A stretch of DNA of 64,000 nt from Carcharhinus longimanus. Its lineage: Eukaryota. Below, one piece after another: positions 46,374-58,989 of this stretch. Position numbers and translations under genes: made by a program. Within the stretch, counting starts at the first letter, position 1. Each line of letters starts with the position of its first letter. The notes under the pieces were generated by a model. The model searched no databases and had not been told where the DNA came from. It was given only the letters and a program-made list of their open reading frames with translations. The DNA is taken from the NCBI GenBank assembly GCA_030264375.1, contig JASCQW010000132.1, positions 67,393,552 through 67,457,551 of the forward strand, read 5' to 3'.

Positions 46374-47800
46374 CGGACAGAATTTTCCATTTTTGAGACT
46401 AATAGTGGGATTTTTGCCCCAAGGCCAGAAATCCAAGCACGAGGTCAACAGAACTTCACATGGTCTGCCGAATTTTATGTCCTACCGGCTACTATTCCCA
46501 TGACGGGCGGGATGGGAAAATCCCTGTCTAAATGTGGCGATGGGCAGGTTTTGCGGCATGTTTCCTGCTAAGTGGTAGGGTGGGGACTTGTGCCCAATTT
46601 CCCGCTTGAAAGTTTATTAAATATGTGTCAGTGAGTAGCTCTCAAATTGCATGACCGGGCGGGCTTGATTCAACTGCCCTGCCATCACCTCATAGGGTCA
46701 AATGTTTGGGTGCAATATTTAAACGGACCCAAGCAGACATATTCAGTCTCTCCAGCCCAACTGTACTCAGGTAACATTTCTAGATAGCTGTGTCCATGGT
46801 TCCGCAGTGACTCCCTTGGGTCCCTCATCTGCCAGCACCACGATGTCCGCTACCCCAGGGATGGTTCCAAGAGGCTCACCATTCTAACCTTGCCACCCTG
46901 GGAGGCAATTGCAAGGGAAGTAAACTCCTCAGCCAACTGCCCAAGAAAGACCATAGAGTGTAGGATTCACAAGGCTAAGTCAACTCCAATTCAATTCACA
47001 CTCTCAATGGTATNNNNNNNNNNNNNNNNNNNNNNNNNNNNNNNNNNNNNNNNNNNNNNNNNNNNNNNAGTGATCTCATACTTGTCTCACTTTAACATCA
47101 CTAACATCTCATCTATCATGCTAAATAAACTCCATCCTCAGCCTTTACTGGGTGGAGTCTGCACACACAGCAGGCATGCATGCTTCCCAACTTCTCCTCC
47201 ATCTCTTCTCATCACACCCCATCCATTTGTCTTCATGTAGGCCAGGCTTGCCACAAATACAGACAAAGATCCCATACTGGAGGAGGGAGGGACGATACTC
47301 CGGTGCTAATCGAATTCGAAGAGGTTGCCACTGAGTTGGTGGGCAAGGCCAGAGATCGCTCCTGAGGGGAAGGAGAGATTGGTCCCCCCCAACAAGCCAG
47401 TACAGATGAGCCCTCCATGAATATCCTGATATTCACAGTGAGTGATATGCAAAGTTTTATTCTGCCTGCTTATGAACTAAATCCATCTTTTTTGTCTTAA
47501 ATGTACCAGCAGGCCTAGATAGCCTTCCATAGCATCCAGCTGTGCAGGCCAAGGAGTGTCTGCTGCCCCACAGCAGGAGTTCCAAAACAGGATGGAGACC
47601 TCTAGCTTTCAGCCCTCCAGAGAACAACTGCAAAAGTCATCAAAGACAACAGGGTGTAGCAGATCAGTGGGCTGCCTCCACTTCTGCTATGGATATTGGG
47701 AATACACCTGGATGTAGTAGTAGGGTTTGAAAATTTAAGAAGCTTTGAAATCAATTCTGGGTCATGAGTGTTCTATCACTTTAAATATCATGCACCTTTG
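46374..47800 (+). mobile_element. Non-autonomous Harbinger carrying a spliced Myb/SANT-like gene remnant (same family as 1830-4698)
   Basis: PWFRSDSLGSLI..DVRYPRDGSKR..PPWEAIAREVNSSANCPRKTIECR; exon 2 after gtag (47240): ARLA..RQRSHTGGGRDDTPVLIEFEEVATELVG. Confidence 0.75.
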
Positions 47801-47888
47801 TAAATATATTTGCTGTTCATTAGAATGGTCTTGTTATTTGAAAATGTTGTGCATATGCATCAATGCACCATCTAAGGGTCTGAGTATA

Positions 47889-48240
47889 TTGTTATAATTC
47901 AGGTCAGAAACTCCAAAATGTTTTATGAAGTCTGCCTGGATTATAAGTTTTGCACTTTGAATTTGGCTAGGGTGAGCGTGAGATTTTTCACTTCAGGTAT
48001 GATTCAACTGATCCACTAGGGAGCTTTTATCAATTAAAATTTATTTAAAAATACAGTTAACATGTAGCAATAACTTCTACCAATTACAAACAAGACAAAA
48101 AAAAACATGATATTGTTTAATCCCTGACAAATATATGAAATGTTCCAACCAAACTTCCAGATAAACATACATTTTCAGAAAATTTAACTCTGAAACTATG
48201 AAAATATGAACTGGATGTTGGAACTTAGTCCTCTTGAAAC
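47889..48240 (-). mobile_element. Probable LTR fragment (continues at ~49110-49300 and 50515-50760)
   Basis: Begins tgttataattcaggtcagaaactcc; contains tttatt (minus-strand polyA signal); A-rich LTR-like texture. Confidence 0.35.
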
Positions 48241-48244
48241 TCTG

Positions 48245-49108
48245 ACATAGATAAGCTGCAGAGCTGGGCTGAGAGGGGCAAATGGAGTTTAATGCGGAAA
48301 AGTGTGAGGTGATTCACTTTGGAAGGAGTAACAGGAATANNNNNNNNNNNNNNNNNNNNNNNNNNNNNNNNNNNNNNNNNNNNNNNNNNNNNNNNNNNNN
48401 NNNNNNNNNNNNNNNNNNNNNNNNNNNNNNNNNNNNNNNNNNNNNNNNNNNNNNNNNNNNNNNNNNNNNNNNNNNNNNNNNNNNNNNNNNNNNNNNNNNN
48501 NNNNNNNNNNNNNNNNNNNNNNNNNNNNNNNNNNNNNNNNNNNNNNNNNNNNNNNNNNNNNNNNNNNNNNNNNNNNNNNNNNNNNNNNNNNNNNNNNNNN
48601 NNNNNNNNNNNNNNNNNNNNNNNNNNNNNNNNNNNNNNNNNNNNNNNNNNNNNNNNNNNNNNNNNNNNNNNNNNNNNNNNNNNNNNNNNNNNNNNNNNNN
48701 NNNNNNNNNNNNNNNNNNNNNNNNNNNNNNNNNNNNNNNNNNNNNNNNNNNNNNNNNNNNNNNNNNNNNNNNNNNNNNNNNNNNNNNNNNNNNNNNNNNN
48801 NNNNNNNNNNNNNNNNNNNNNNNNNNNNNNNNNNNNNNNNNNNNNNNNNNNNNNNNNNNNNNNNNNNNNNNNNNNNNNNNNNNNNNNNNNNNNNNNNNNN
48901 NNNNNNNNNNNNNNNNNNNNNNNNNNNNNNNNNNNNNNNNNNNNNNNNNNNNNNNNNNNNNNNNNNNNGGTCATTGGATAAACATATGGATGATATTGGA
49001 ATAGTGTAGGTTAGATGGGCTTTAAATTGGTTTCACAGGTCGGTGTAACATTGAGGGCTGAAGGGCCTGTACTGCGCTATAATGTTCTATGTTCTATGTT
49101 TCTATGTT
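48245..49108 (+). mobile_element. Young CR1 3' end, mostly gap
   Basis: DIDKLQSWAERGQMEFNAEKCEVIHFGRSNRN; (gttctat)n tail. Confidence 0.85.
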
Positions 49109-49302
49109 CCCAGACTGTAACTTCCAGCAGCTCTTGAGGTAGAGATAATGCCACTGCTGGCCTCTAATTGTTAGCCAGTGGACCACTGCAAGAGACAGAG
49201 GTCTCACTCTAGGAAGGCAAGAAGACAAGCTTCCAGCTAGCCAGCAGAACTTACAATACCAAGGAGAGAGAAATGATGCTTTTAAGTCTGATGACACTAT
49301 GC

Positions 49303-50513
49303 AGATGATTCTCCCAATCGTCTGTGCTTGGGAGACTGAGACGGGGGCTGTGCAGTGGGCTTCCTGCTGGGTGTCATAGCCTCTGCGCTTCTCAGGCCAC
49401 TGGATTTTTAGCATCATCGGCTCCACACCAGCAATCAGCACAGAGCAGAATAAGTTATGTCGATGAGTGTTTCCATGTATTTCGAAGCCCTGATCTGAAA
49501 TCTCCAGGCCCGGTAACCTCTCCCCCTCGCCAGGAGTGTTCACTCTAGCAGGGTTTACAAGAGTTCCCCACTAGAGGGGAGCTGGTGGCCTGACCCTGCT
49601 GGAGTCAAGAGGGTGCCATGGAGAACCCCTAGGAAGTTGGGAGTAAAAGGTTGGCAGTGCCAGCCTGGCCCCCTGGCACTGACCATGGGACAAAGTGGCA
49701 ATGTTCAGGAAGCACCTTGGCACAGCCCACTGGGCACTGGGAATAGGGCCAATGGTGGGTATGGCCTACTGAGGGGTGGGGCCTCTGGGGGGAGATCAGT
49801 GGGGATGGAGCTTCCCGCTGCCACTATACACTCAAGCTTGGCGACAGAGGGAGGGAAGCCAGCAATCAGGGTTGGACATCGGAGTGGGGGGGGAGTTGTG
49901 GTGGGGGGAAGGGAGTGTTGGGGCAGCAGAGTGCTGGGACTGCAGGGGGGAGGCATTTGGGGCTGCTGGTGTATGGGGAGGGGATCAGAAGATCTGGACT
50001 GCAGGGTGGAGGTAGGCGGCCAGCAATTGGAGGGTGAGAGTGTCCGACAACCAGCGATGTGGGGTGATGGAGCTGGCCAATGATCAAGTTGATCAGCGAT
50101 TGGGACACTGGCAGTGTGGACTATTCTGCAAACACCAAGCTCCGCTATGACAGATTGGCATATGCACTGTGGCTCGCCCAGTTCTATGCTGCTGGCCTCT
50201 CCAGCGGGAATAGGCCCCACCCACTGATTTTAAACGTGATTCACGCTAGTGCTCTCTGCAGTGCACAAAGTGTGGGAGATTCATTTTGAAAATCCCGCAG
50301 AAGAAACCAACGGGATTTATTCCAGNNNNNNNNNNNNNNNNNNNNNNNNNNNNNNNNNNNNNNNNNNNNNNNNNNNNNNNNNNNNNNNNNNNNNNNNNNN
50401 NNNNNNNNNNNNNNNNNNNNNNNNNCATTTTGAAAATCCCGCAGAAGAAACCAACGGGATTTATTCCAGTTTTTACGTGAATTCAATGCTTAAAATTGTT
50501 TTGACAGAATCCC
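49303..50513. mobile_element. GC-rich MITE, same family as 25588-27044
   Basis: gatgattctccc start; 50180-50513 is the reverse complement of the 25590-25770 arm. Confidence 0.7.
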
Positions 50514-50882
50514 AAACCTTCTATACTAAAACAACAGCCCAAATCTGAAAATGAAAGAACTTCTGTCACCTGACCTGTCAATCATTCTTCCCCCAACAAT
50601 GTAAAATGTCATAAAGTCCTGAAGCCCAGAGTAAAAATAAACAAAACCCCATTTAAACCATTGAAGGAGAAATAAAAGAACTTCTAAGCAGACATCTGGA
50701 CAGTAATGTAAAAAACTAAAGCTGCTTATAATAGCAATGAACATGATTTAATTTTTAAAAAATTCTTAAAGGCATACTAACATCACAATTTTTAAAAAAA
50801 AAATATATGTATCCTCATGGCTATTTCTAAAATTTAAAAAATGGGACAACGACCTTTTAAAATAGTTGAAGTTATATCTGTC

Positions 50883-51720
50883 TGTGACCCTTGAACAAAA
50901 TGAGCTATCTGACAGATTCAAAGAAACTGACACCTCGTTATCTCTTAAGAGACACTGATCATCCCCAATGGGTTACATAGGCCACAAAGCAAGCTATGCA
51001 TATATCATCCCCAGTTCACAACCCAGATTGGCTGAACAGAGTTTGCTTGTCTCCTAGGACTTACTTTCAATTGTTAATGGTCGAGACAGTTAACCACCTC
51101 AGGGACCCAGGTAAGCAATTTGTCAAAGACAATGTGCAGAGGTGGGAGTCATGAGACATGGACCACTCACTTATGTAACCTTGCTGTACTGCAAAATCTC
51201 CGTATGCCATTTTACCATCTAACTATCAGCAGCACAGAAAAGGGGTTCTTCCCAGAATGAATACCAAGTCCCATCCATACCATTCTTAATGTAACTTCTG
51301 TACCATTAGCTACTATATTGATTTATCTGTGTTTGCCTATCCCATTGTGTGAAGTAAACACCATAGAAAAGTGAATTATCCAGCATTAGTTTACAGCCCA
51401 CTGATATAAGCGAAGGAAGGCCTCATTGGACTTTGATTTTGGACTCTAGACCGATATAAAACAATATTTATTTTCTCTCTGGTCTCTGCACTGTAAATCT
51501 TATGGTTCTCCATCTGCTTTTTCCTGTATGAGTACAAAGGAGGCAGCACCGCTACCTTCTTCTTGTGTTTGAGTGTGTGCAAACAAACTTTGATTTCATC
51601 CTATCTTGAGTTTGCTATGGGATTATTTGTTGAAATTTGACCACAACTGAATGAAGGGGTTGGGAAAAATGCTGTCACTGGGGGAAACAAATTAAATACA
51701 CCTTTCTGTTTATGGATGGG
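50883..51720 (+). mobile_element. Probable solo LTR / ERV LTR fragment
   Basis: tgtgacc start, ctgtatga..caaagg TATA-like region and aaacaaactttgatttcatc polyA-like region; no coding sequence seen. Confidence 0.35.
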
Positions 51721-52199
51721 TGGTGAGAGGAAAGATTAGTGCTATTTAAATTAAACCACTTCCTGTCCCTAGCAGTCCTCTTATTGCGACAGTGAATCAG
51801 GCTCCTCATAGTGTTCACCTCCCTCTGTGAGCCTGACATTATGTGATGTGTAGCAGACTCATGCTAGTTACTCTTCCTTGTGGTATGTCAGGAAGGTGTA
51901 TTCTTTTTTGTGTGTCTGAAAAATGCATCGGCAACCATATTTCTTGCAAGGTAGCATGAAGTTAGGTGTCCTTAAAGCTTTGGAGGGATGGCTGTAATTG
52001 TATCTCCACATGGGAAAGCTGCTTTCATTGGTAGTGCAAAGCACAGCCAGCGATGGCCACTCCAATGTGTACGCACCTCAGTATCTGCAAAGATTTCTCA
52101 TAAAGATGGCAAAGACTGCATCAAGTAATTTGACTTTAACATCTCAGAATGCACAGATACAGGGTTCGCCGCTGATACTTCCAAGATTAGAGCCTGAGA

Positions 52200-53270
52200 A
52201 ATCATGAGGTTTGAAAATGCAAGGCCCTTTCTGCTTTTCATTGTCAAGGAGCACTCAGTCTTGTCCATTTCTCCCTCTGGTAAGCATCCCCCATTTGAAG
52301 CATCAGGTTGTGAAGGGTGCAACAGACCACAATGATGCAGAAGACTCACTGTGGAGGATAATACAGAGCTCACCATGAGCAGTCCAACACTGGAAGTGCA
52401 CTTTCAGGATACCAGTGGTCTGCTTGATGATGGATGGCGTTGTCCTAGTCATGGCATTGTATCTGTCCTTGGAATGATCAGAGGACAACACATGGGTGTC
52501 ATGAGACATCATTTGAGAGGGTTCCCCTGATCCCCAAGCAGGCAGCCCTGTAACCACTGAGGCCCTTTGAATATGTGTGGAACCTGAGACTAGGGAACTG
52601 CTGGGGTACCTGGCACAAATGTACATGAGGTGCTTCTGGTGATTACATACTAATTGAATATTCAGGCAGTGGAAACCTTTTCTGTTTAATGAACATTAAG
52701 GGCTGTTGCTATGGAGTTCTTAAAGCCTTACATGCACAATTAATTGCATCCTGTACTTGAGAGGATCCTGACATAGCTGCAAATCCTAGGAATCTTGCAG
52801 CCGGCTAGCTTCATCAAGTGCGAATTTCACATAATGATAAGCCTTATTGTAGAGGGTATCTTTCACCTCCTTGATACATATGTTGAGGGCATAGAAATCC
52901 TGTATAAATGGAGATTCCTGGAACGATCCACAGGCAAAATATTGAGCACAGCGGTGACCTTCACTGGCACTGGCAGCATATGTTCTCCCACAGAATGTAA
53001 CAAATATGATCCCCAGTTCTGTCTGAAGCACACAATGCATGGCATTATCTGTCACTCAGCTCCAGATAGGAAAGTCTTCTTCAGTAGACCCTTGATCATG
53101 CAAGTCGCTTTTGTGGAATGGCAGGCAGAGGGGAGACCGATGGAGGGGAGGCGAGAACTCAACATGGAAGACAAGAGTGTAAACAAGAACGGGGCAGATG
53201 GGAATTGAACTGATGGGAGCGGATGTATGCACATTCCGGATTTTGAGGTGGTAGTGGCAAAGGGGGGGTA
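52200..53270 (-). pseudogene. Near full-length decayed HARBI1-like Harbinger transposase (element spans ~51775-53450)
   Basis: RVY*RRLSYLELSDR*C..LPVPVKVTAVLN(fs)FACGSFQES..CIKEVKDTLYNKAYHYVKF..N*TEKVST..YICARYPSS..DRYNA..SIIKQTTGILKVHFQC..(fs)IIVVCCTLHN. Confidence 0.85.
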
Positions 53271-54519
53271 CAGTTTGGTTTTGGGGTCAGACACAGAGAG
53301 GTCATGTCTTCTTTTCTTCTTGCTCTGCCACTTTTTGTTCGGCTCACATCCAACCCTTGTTGTCCCTTGTGATGCCTTGCCCTTATATTGTGGCTTGTTG
53401 TCTTCTTTTATGTTAGCATGGCATGAAAAGTGAGTCTTGAAGATAGAGCCACACTCTCCGGAGGAGCTGACTGTTTGCTTTCTTCATTTTGGCTCTTTGT
53501 CCTGTAATTTCTACAGTGAGTTAAAATCACCTTTGAATTGAAGAATAAAATAAAGTTTTTAAAAAGTATATCTTAAAATAGAATCATTGCATTAATAGTT
53601 TTATGAAGTTGCATATATAAGGTTAAAACGTGGTGGTTATTTACAAATGTAAATATTGAAAAGAAATGTTAAGAAAACCAAAAGAAATCATTACAGCATT
53701 GTCTCTTTAAAAAGCGTGTGTCTTCTTTGTGCTTAGCTGCAGAAGCCAACTTTGCAACATTTGTATCCAGAGCAGCAGCAGAATTCCTGTAGAGCAAAAC
53801 AGGTTTTTGAAATGGGACCAATGATTTTAAACCAAGCACTCATAGACACAGAATCAATTGAATTCAAATTTCAGCGATGTTGACAGCTTAAGCCACTCAA
53901 ATTGCAGAAATACTGTGAGGTAATCCGAGGCATTTAAATCTGGACAGGGGAAATTATGGTTACGGTATGCTTGTTACCTCTCAGGAGAAAGAGGGTAGGT
54001 GAGGCTCTCAAATGAAATCCTGCAGTTTTAATGTATGTCTTCATCAAATCACCGTCGAAATAGGAGAAACCAACTCAGAAAGTATTCCAGGCTGAATCAT
54101 CAGAAGAAAGTTCATACTTCTAACTGACACCCGGTATTATATTATTTGAGGGTGACTATATTCTGTAATGATTTATTTCATTATTCCTGAATGAGTCTCT
54201 TGTAATTTGAACAGTATTCTATTGGAAAGTTTATCCAATTTGTTAATTGTTTTAATAAGTTGTTATCAGTTTTAAATAAAGACCTGTTAATTGTTCATGA
54301 TAGAGGGTGGCAGATCCTGCTTTAATTTACCAAAACCTTTCTCCTGTCTCATGCACACTTACTTAAGATTATCAAGTGAGATATATCCCTTTGGGGGTGT
54401 TCCAAAATTGCGCAGAGGGAAACATCACTTCCATGTCGTAACAACAGCAAACTCTTGCAACATTCCAGCATTCCAGTCCCTTAGTTACAAAAATTCACAT
54501 GACAGGAATACTTAGTGAC

Positions 54520-55232
54520 ATTGATTTAGCCCTCTGGTAGGAGAGTTGGTGGGAATCTGTGTCTCCTTTCCAAGGAGCGTCTCATGCTATTCAAGTGCTA
54601 TTAGGCACTTCAGTGGGAAATGCCAGGCTTCCCACAGAGGGTGCAAATCCCACTTCTGAGACCTATCAGCCAATCAGAGTGGCCTGCCCAGTGGTGGCCA
54701 CTGCCAGTAATGCTCCAAGGCCTTAATCAGGGCTCATTGCTGAGCCCCTGAAGACAGGTGAGTGGGTGGGTTGGGGGGTCACTTGGAGGAGGCAGCCAGC
54801 AAAGGGGAGACAGGTGTCGGTTTCAAGGTCAGTGGAATGGCTCTAGAGGACACACTGTTTTTAAGAGAGAGACATGACCTCAATCCCATCATTCTGTAGG
54901 GCTTGGATATTCAGGGGGCATGGGAAACCTATGCCAGCTGGGGAGAATGCACAGGGCACCACAACATCCCAGTGATCTCAGGGAAAATTACCTTTAAGTG
55001 GCTCAATAATGAGCCTAATTAATTAGTTCTCTGCATTGGCTGATTCCCACCACTTATTAAGTGGACAGGTTTTCCCATTCATGGGAATGAGCTGCACAAC
55101 CTTCCCCAAGATGACGTGGGACCAACTGCCACCTAGTTCACTCCAGCAGGCTCCTTAAATCCCAGCGACGTACACGGAAATCTCCAAACTTTGACCACAA
55201 AGAGCTAGTACCTGTTATTAAAATCGGGCCCA
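54520..55232. mobile_element. Old MITE-like element
   Basis: Ends aaaatcgggccc; GC-rich interior with agccaatcagag. Confidence 0.45.
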
Positions 55233-56397
55233 TTAAATAAAACAAACAGCAGAAATTAATGCCAATTTTATGTATAGTCTTTTTCAAACCAATTTACCTC
55301 AATTTATGGCAATTATGTACCTTAAACGATTACTGCCTAACTTATGTTCAGGTGGCCAGCATTTAAGACAATTTGCTTCTAATATTGTGGCATTAAGTGA
55401 AGCAGATCTTAATGACTTTAACTTATATTTGAAAAACTTTCCAATGTAGTATTGATACAAATATATGAGTGAAACGTCTTGAAAGGTTTTAAAATACTGC
55501 AGATGCATTAATTTCTTCTTTTGTACTCTTAATACTCATGGTAAGCCAACTAGGTTTGATTTTTTGCTGCAATTGTTCACTTTCTCCATGAGGGCATTCA
55601 AAGTGGGGAGTCAATACAAAATTCTGGATGGAGCGCAAGTGTAAATAAGAGGTGACCAGAAGTGAACACCATCAGGAGGCTGGGGAAGTCAAAGAAGTAG
55701 NNNNNNNNNNNNNNNNNNNNNNNNNNNNNNNNNNNNNNNNNNNNNNNNNNNNNNNNNNNNNNNNNNNNNNNNNNNNNNNNNNNNNNNNNNNNNNNNNNNN
55801 AACGCAGTTGGTCCGTTATTGCAGCATTAACCAGGAGGCTGGGGAAGTCAAAGAAGTAGATTCGCAGAGATGGAGGTGGGGAGGTGTTAGGAAAGGTTTT
55901 GTGAAGGGGGAAGTAGTATTGAAGGAGGGGCAGAGTGTGTTGAGGGGAAAATGTGGAGGTGCTGGAGTTGGAACAAGAGGTGCTGGGGAGGGATGCTCCA
56001 CTTTTCTTTTCTATGGGGCAAGGGTTTGATGTACTGACTGCGGGAACGATGCAAACAGGGCAGCAGTTCACTCACTTACGCCCCATTTATCTGTCACTGA
56101 AGAAATTGGGATTTGCCTGGTTTCTGAAACAATCTATAAGTTTGTCTCTGTTTGGAAGAAACATATTTCATAAATTATACAGACATGACAATGATTAAGA
56201 TTGTACAAATTCTAATGTGCTGCCTCACAGTGAATCCACCAGAAGGCAACAGGTGATTGCAGTACCAGTCAAAGTGTGGAACGACCTGCAGAATCACAAC
56301 AATTGGTGTCAAATATCATTTCACATTTGGTTGGATATGCTAAATGCCCATTTAAGATTTCAAAAATCATCTACAAATGTGACATAACATTTAGAAA

Positions 56398-56500
56398 CAA
56401 AAACAAAATACCATAGATGCTGAAAATCTAAAATAAAAACAGAAAATGCTGGAAATACTCAGATAAAAGGTTATTATTCTGTCTACACAGATGCTGAAAT
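56398..56500 (-). mobile_element. Short Penelope-derived repeat
   Basis: aaaacaaaataccatagatgctgaaaatctaaaataaaaacagaaaatgctggaaatactcag. Confidence 0.6.
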
Positions 56501-57590
56501 ATTGCTTAAAATTATTTAATCAATCCTCATTTATTTCTTTATTTAGATGGTTAGCTCTCAGCCTGGCTATAATTATGAAAGCACAGTGAATTAAAATGTG
56601 GTAGACATCATGTGGCTTCTGTTGCTAAGGGGGACACTTCCTGATTGGTTCCAGAGTTCCAATGGTTTAGTTCCACCTTATATGGATCATTACTGCAGTT
56701 TGTTGAGGTAATTTTAGTCCCAGAAAGAGCTACATTACACTACAATGTTACTTCATTCATTGCTTTACAATTATTGATCTTTTCTATGTCACCTACTAAA
56801 GTAAAATTGTTCTTTTGGGTGGAATTTTACCTGCTCATCCTGTCCATCAATAACACACAAGATTACATTTACACAGTTAAAAATTAGTGTTACAGAAGAT
56901 TTCCCCCAAAAAGATTTCTACTTGAATAGACTCACAAGTAAACACCCCTTCGGACAACAATCCATATAAATATTTGATCTATAAAAATTTCAAAGTATTA
57001 TCACAAGGCATTTACTACTGCAAAAGGGAAAATATATCATAGGGCTTCTCTCCCTCTCTCTCTCTCACTCTCTTAGTCTGCTGTGGAGAATTTCAAAAGC
57101 TTTAGAACAAAACCCCATTTCCTGAAGGCAACCGGCAGTCTTCTGGGTAGCTGGAGACTGCTTCATGTTACTTCCTTTCACAAACCTGACCCAACACAGA
57201 GCACACTCTTGGGCCGTACTTGGTCACTCTCAATTAACGCAGCTCCCTGTCTCTCTTTAAATATATTTTTTCTTGTTCATCTTTTGCAACATCCCTCTGA
57301 AATGAACTGTCTTCAAAATATAAAAATCTTTCATGTTGTCTATTGCCCCACTCTTGGGTCAAATAACACTTAATAATCTTTCCCAAGTTTACTTAAGACT
57401 TTTCCCAAGTTGTAAAACCTTTTAGTTCCCATTGAAAGTTAACAACTGGGATCTAAACCCTTACTTATCACTTAATGCAAATTTTAACCCATGTATAATT
57501 TCCCTGTAGAGCATCCAACTTGGCCCTATCCATTTTAAGTGCCTGTCTTTACACCTAGTCTCTTTGATGTTTTCAACTCTGAAGACACCC

Positions 57591-57910
57591 TGGGTGGAAT
57601 TCTCCCATTTTGAGACCAAGTGCGGTCACAGATGACTCCAACAGTGCACATCTCATTGACCAGAATGGTAGATTCATGTGCCAGATTCAGCACTTGGCAT
57701 TCAGCATCTCATTAAGTATGCACAGGGCAAGATACTCTCCAACTGGGCCAGCAGCTGATTCATCCACTGACCTGCAGTTAGAAAATCCTGGTCCCCTATT
57801 CAAACACAGTCCAGCACATTTATATCACATTCTCCAGCCCAGCTATCTTCATCAGAATATGCAGGATGTCAGAAATCCAGAGGGAAAAGGCTAGCAGCCT
57901 CAATAAGAAG
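57591..57910 (+). mobile_element. Harbinger 5' end, truncated just before the Myb-like gene
   Basis: gggtggaattctcccattttgagac matches 46374-46400; 57800-57910 is homologous to 1860-1970. Confidence 0.65.
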
Positions 57911-58989
57911 TGTGTCCTCAATTCAACCACCCTCTCCCTAAGTCCATCATCTGCCCATACCACACTTGGACATCTACACCACATCTGGGGTCTTTGTGCA
58001 TTTCCTTCCAGTAAATGATGTGACATCCCTTTGACCTCTTTGTTTGTGAGTTTTTTTATACAGACTATTGGGATCCAATTTCTTTCCTCTTGGTCTTCCC
58101 TCTGCCTTCCATTGCTTGTCTTCTTCATCTACCTCCATGCCCACTACCTGGCATCATGATCCCTTCCCCTCTCCACTCTTCATCCCCTTGCACGTGCAGC
58201 TCCCCTTCCACATTGCTCCCTTGACTTAATCAGACTAGCGGAAAGCTACCCCCTCCCCCAGACGCCACCCCCCCCAGCTCGTGTTCCATCATAGTTCCCT
58301 GGTTCCCTGAGGATAGTGCTGTCCAGATAAACATTGGTGTGTGGCACCAAGGGGAAGGAGATTCCTGTACTCCCCAACCCCTGGCACTGTACTGAATCCA
58401 AATGGTGACACAGAGGGGTCCATTGATCCAGTAGCATGGTGCTGTCCGTAAAGACATAGAGATGGAAGGCAGCCACGTGTCTTTCCCAGCAGAATGGTGA
58501 ACAGAGCATCAGGAGAAATGCAGCTCTTTGGCAGGACTAGAGGTGGCCAACCCAACATGGCCATCTTCACCCTGCTAGACAAGGAGTTACCAGAGGTAGA
58601 GGTCCCTTGCTGGGGACATTTTATTGGGTGAGCTGAGCTTGGAGGAAGACAACAGTTCTGGAAACTGGGGAGGGTGTCAGAAAGGTGGCATTCATGGATT
58701 TTGTCTGTAGAGGCTTGCACAATTCAGGGAGGACAGTCTGTCTGAATGTGGAAGGGTCAACAATTCAAACATGGTCTACCATCTCCTAAAGGTGCTACTG
58801 TGTGTTCTGAGGCAGGTAGTCTCTCTGAACTCATCTCAAATGACAATGGTGCCCTTCATTTCCCTTTTTGTTTCCCGAACTGGCCAAATGCAGCAGTAGC
58901 TGTAGAAGCCCCGAAAGACCTTCATTAACTTGTGTGGAGGAGGATGGACCCTTCAAGGGGTGCAGCATCACACCCTCCTCCACACCCAG

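Noticed and set aside
49568-49582. CTCF-like ccactagaggggagc
   Set aside because: Mismatch at a key core position and located inside a MITE.
49613-50220. Overlapping 156-171-aa Gly/Pro-rich ORFs on both strands
   Set aside because: GC-rich MITE interior with no domain-like features.
50282-50469. Direct repeat flanking a 100-N gap (also 13011-13060/13161-13210 and 55672-55700/55832-55859)
   Set aside because: Typical scaffolding overlap duplications; not treated as biological without reads.
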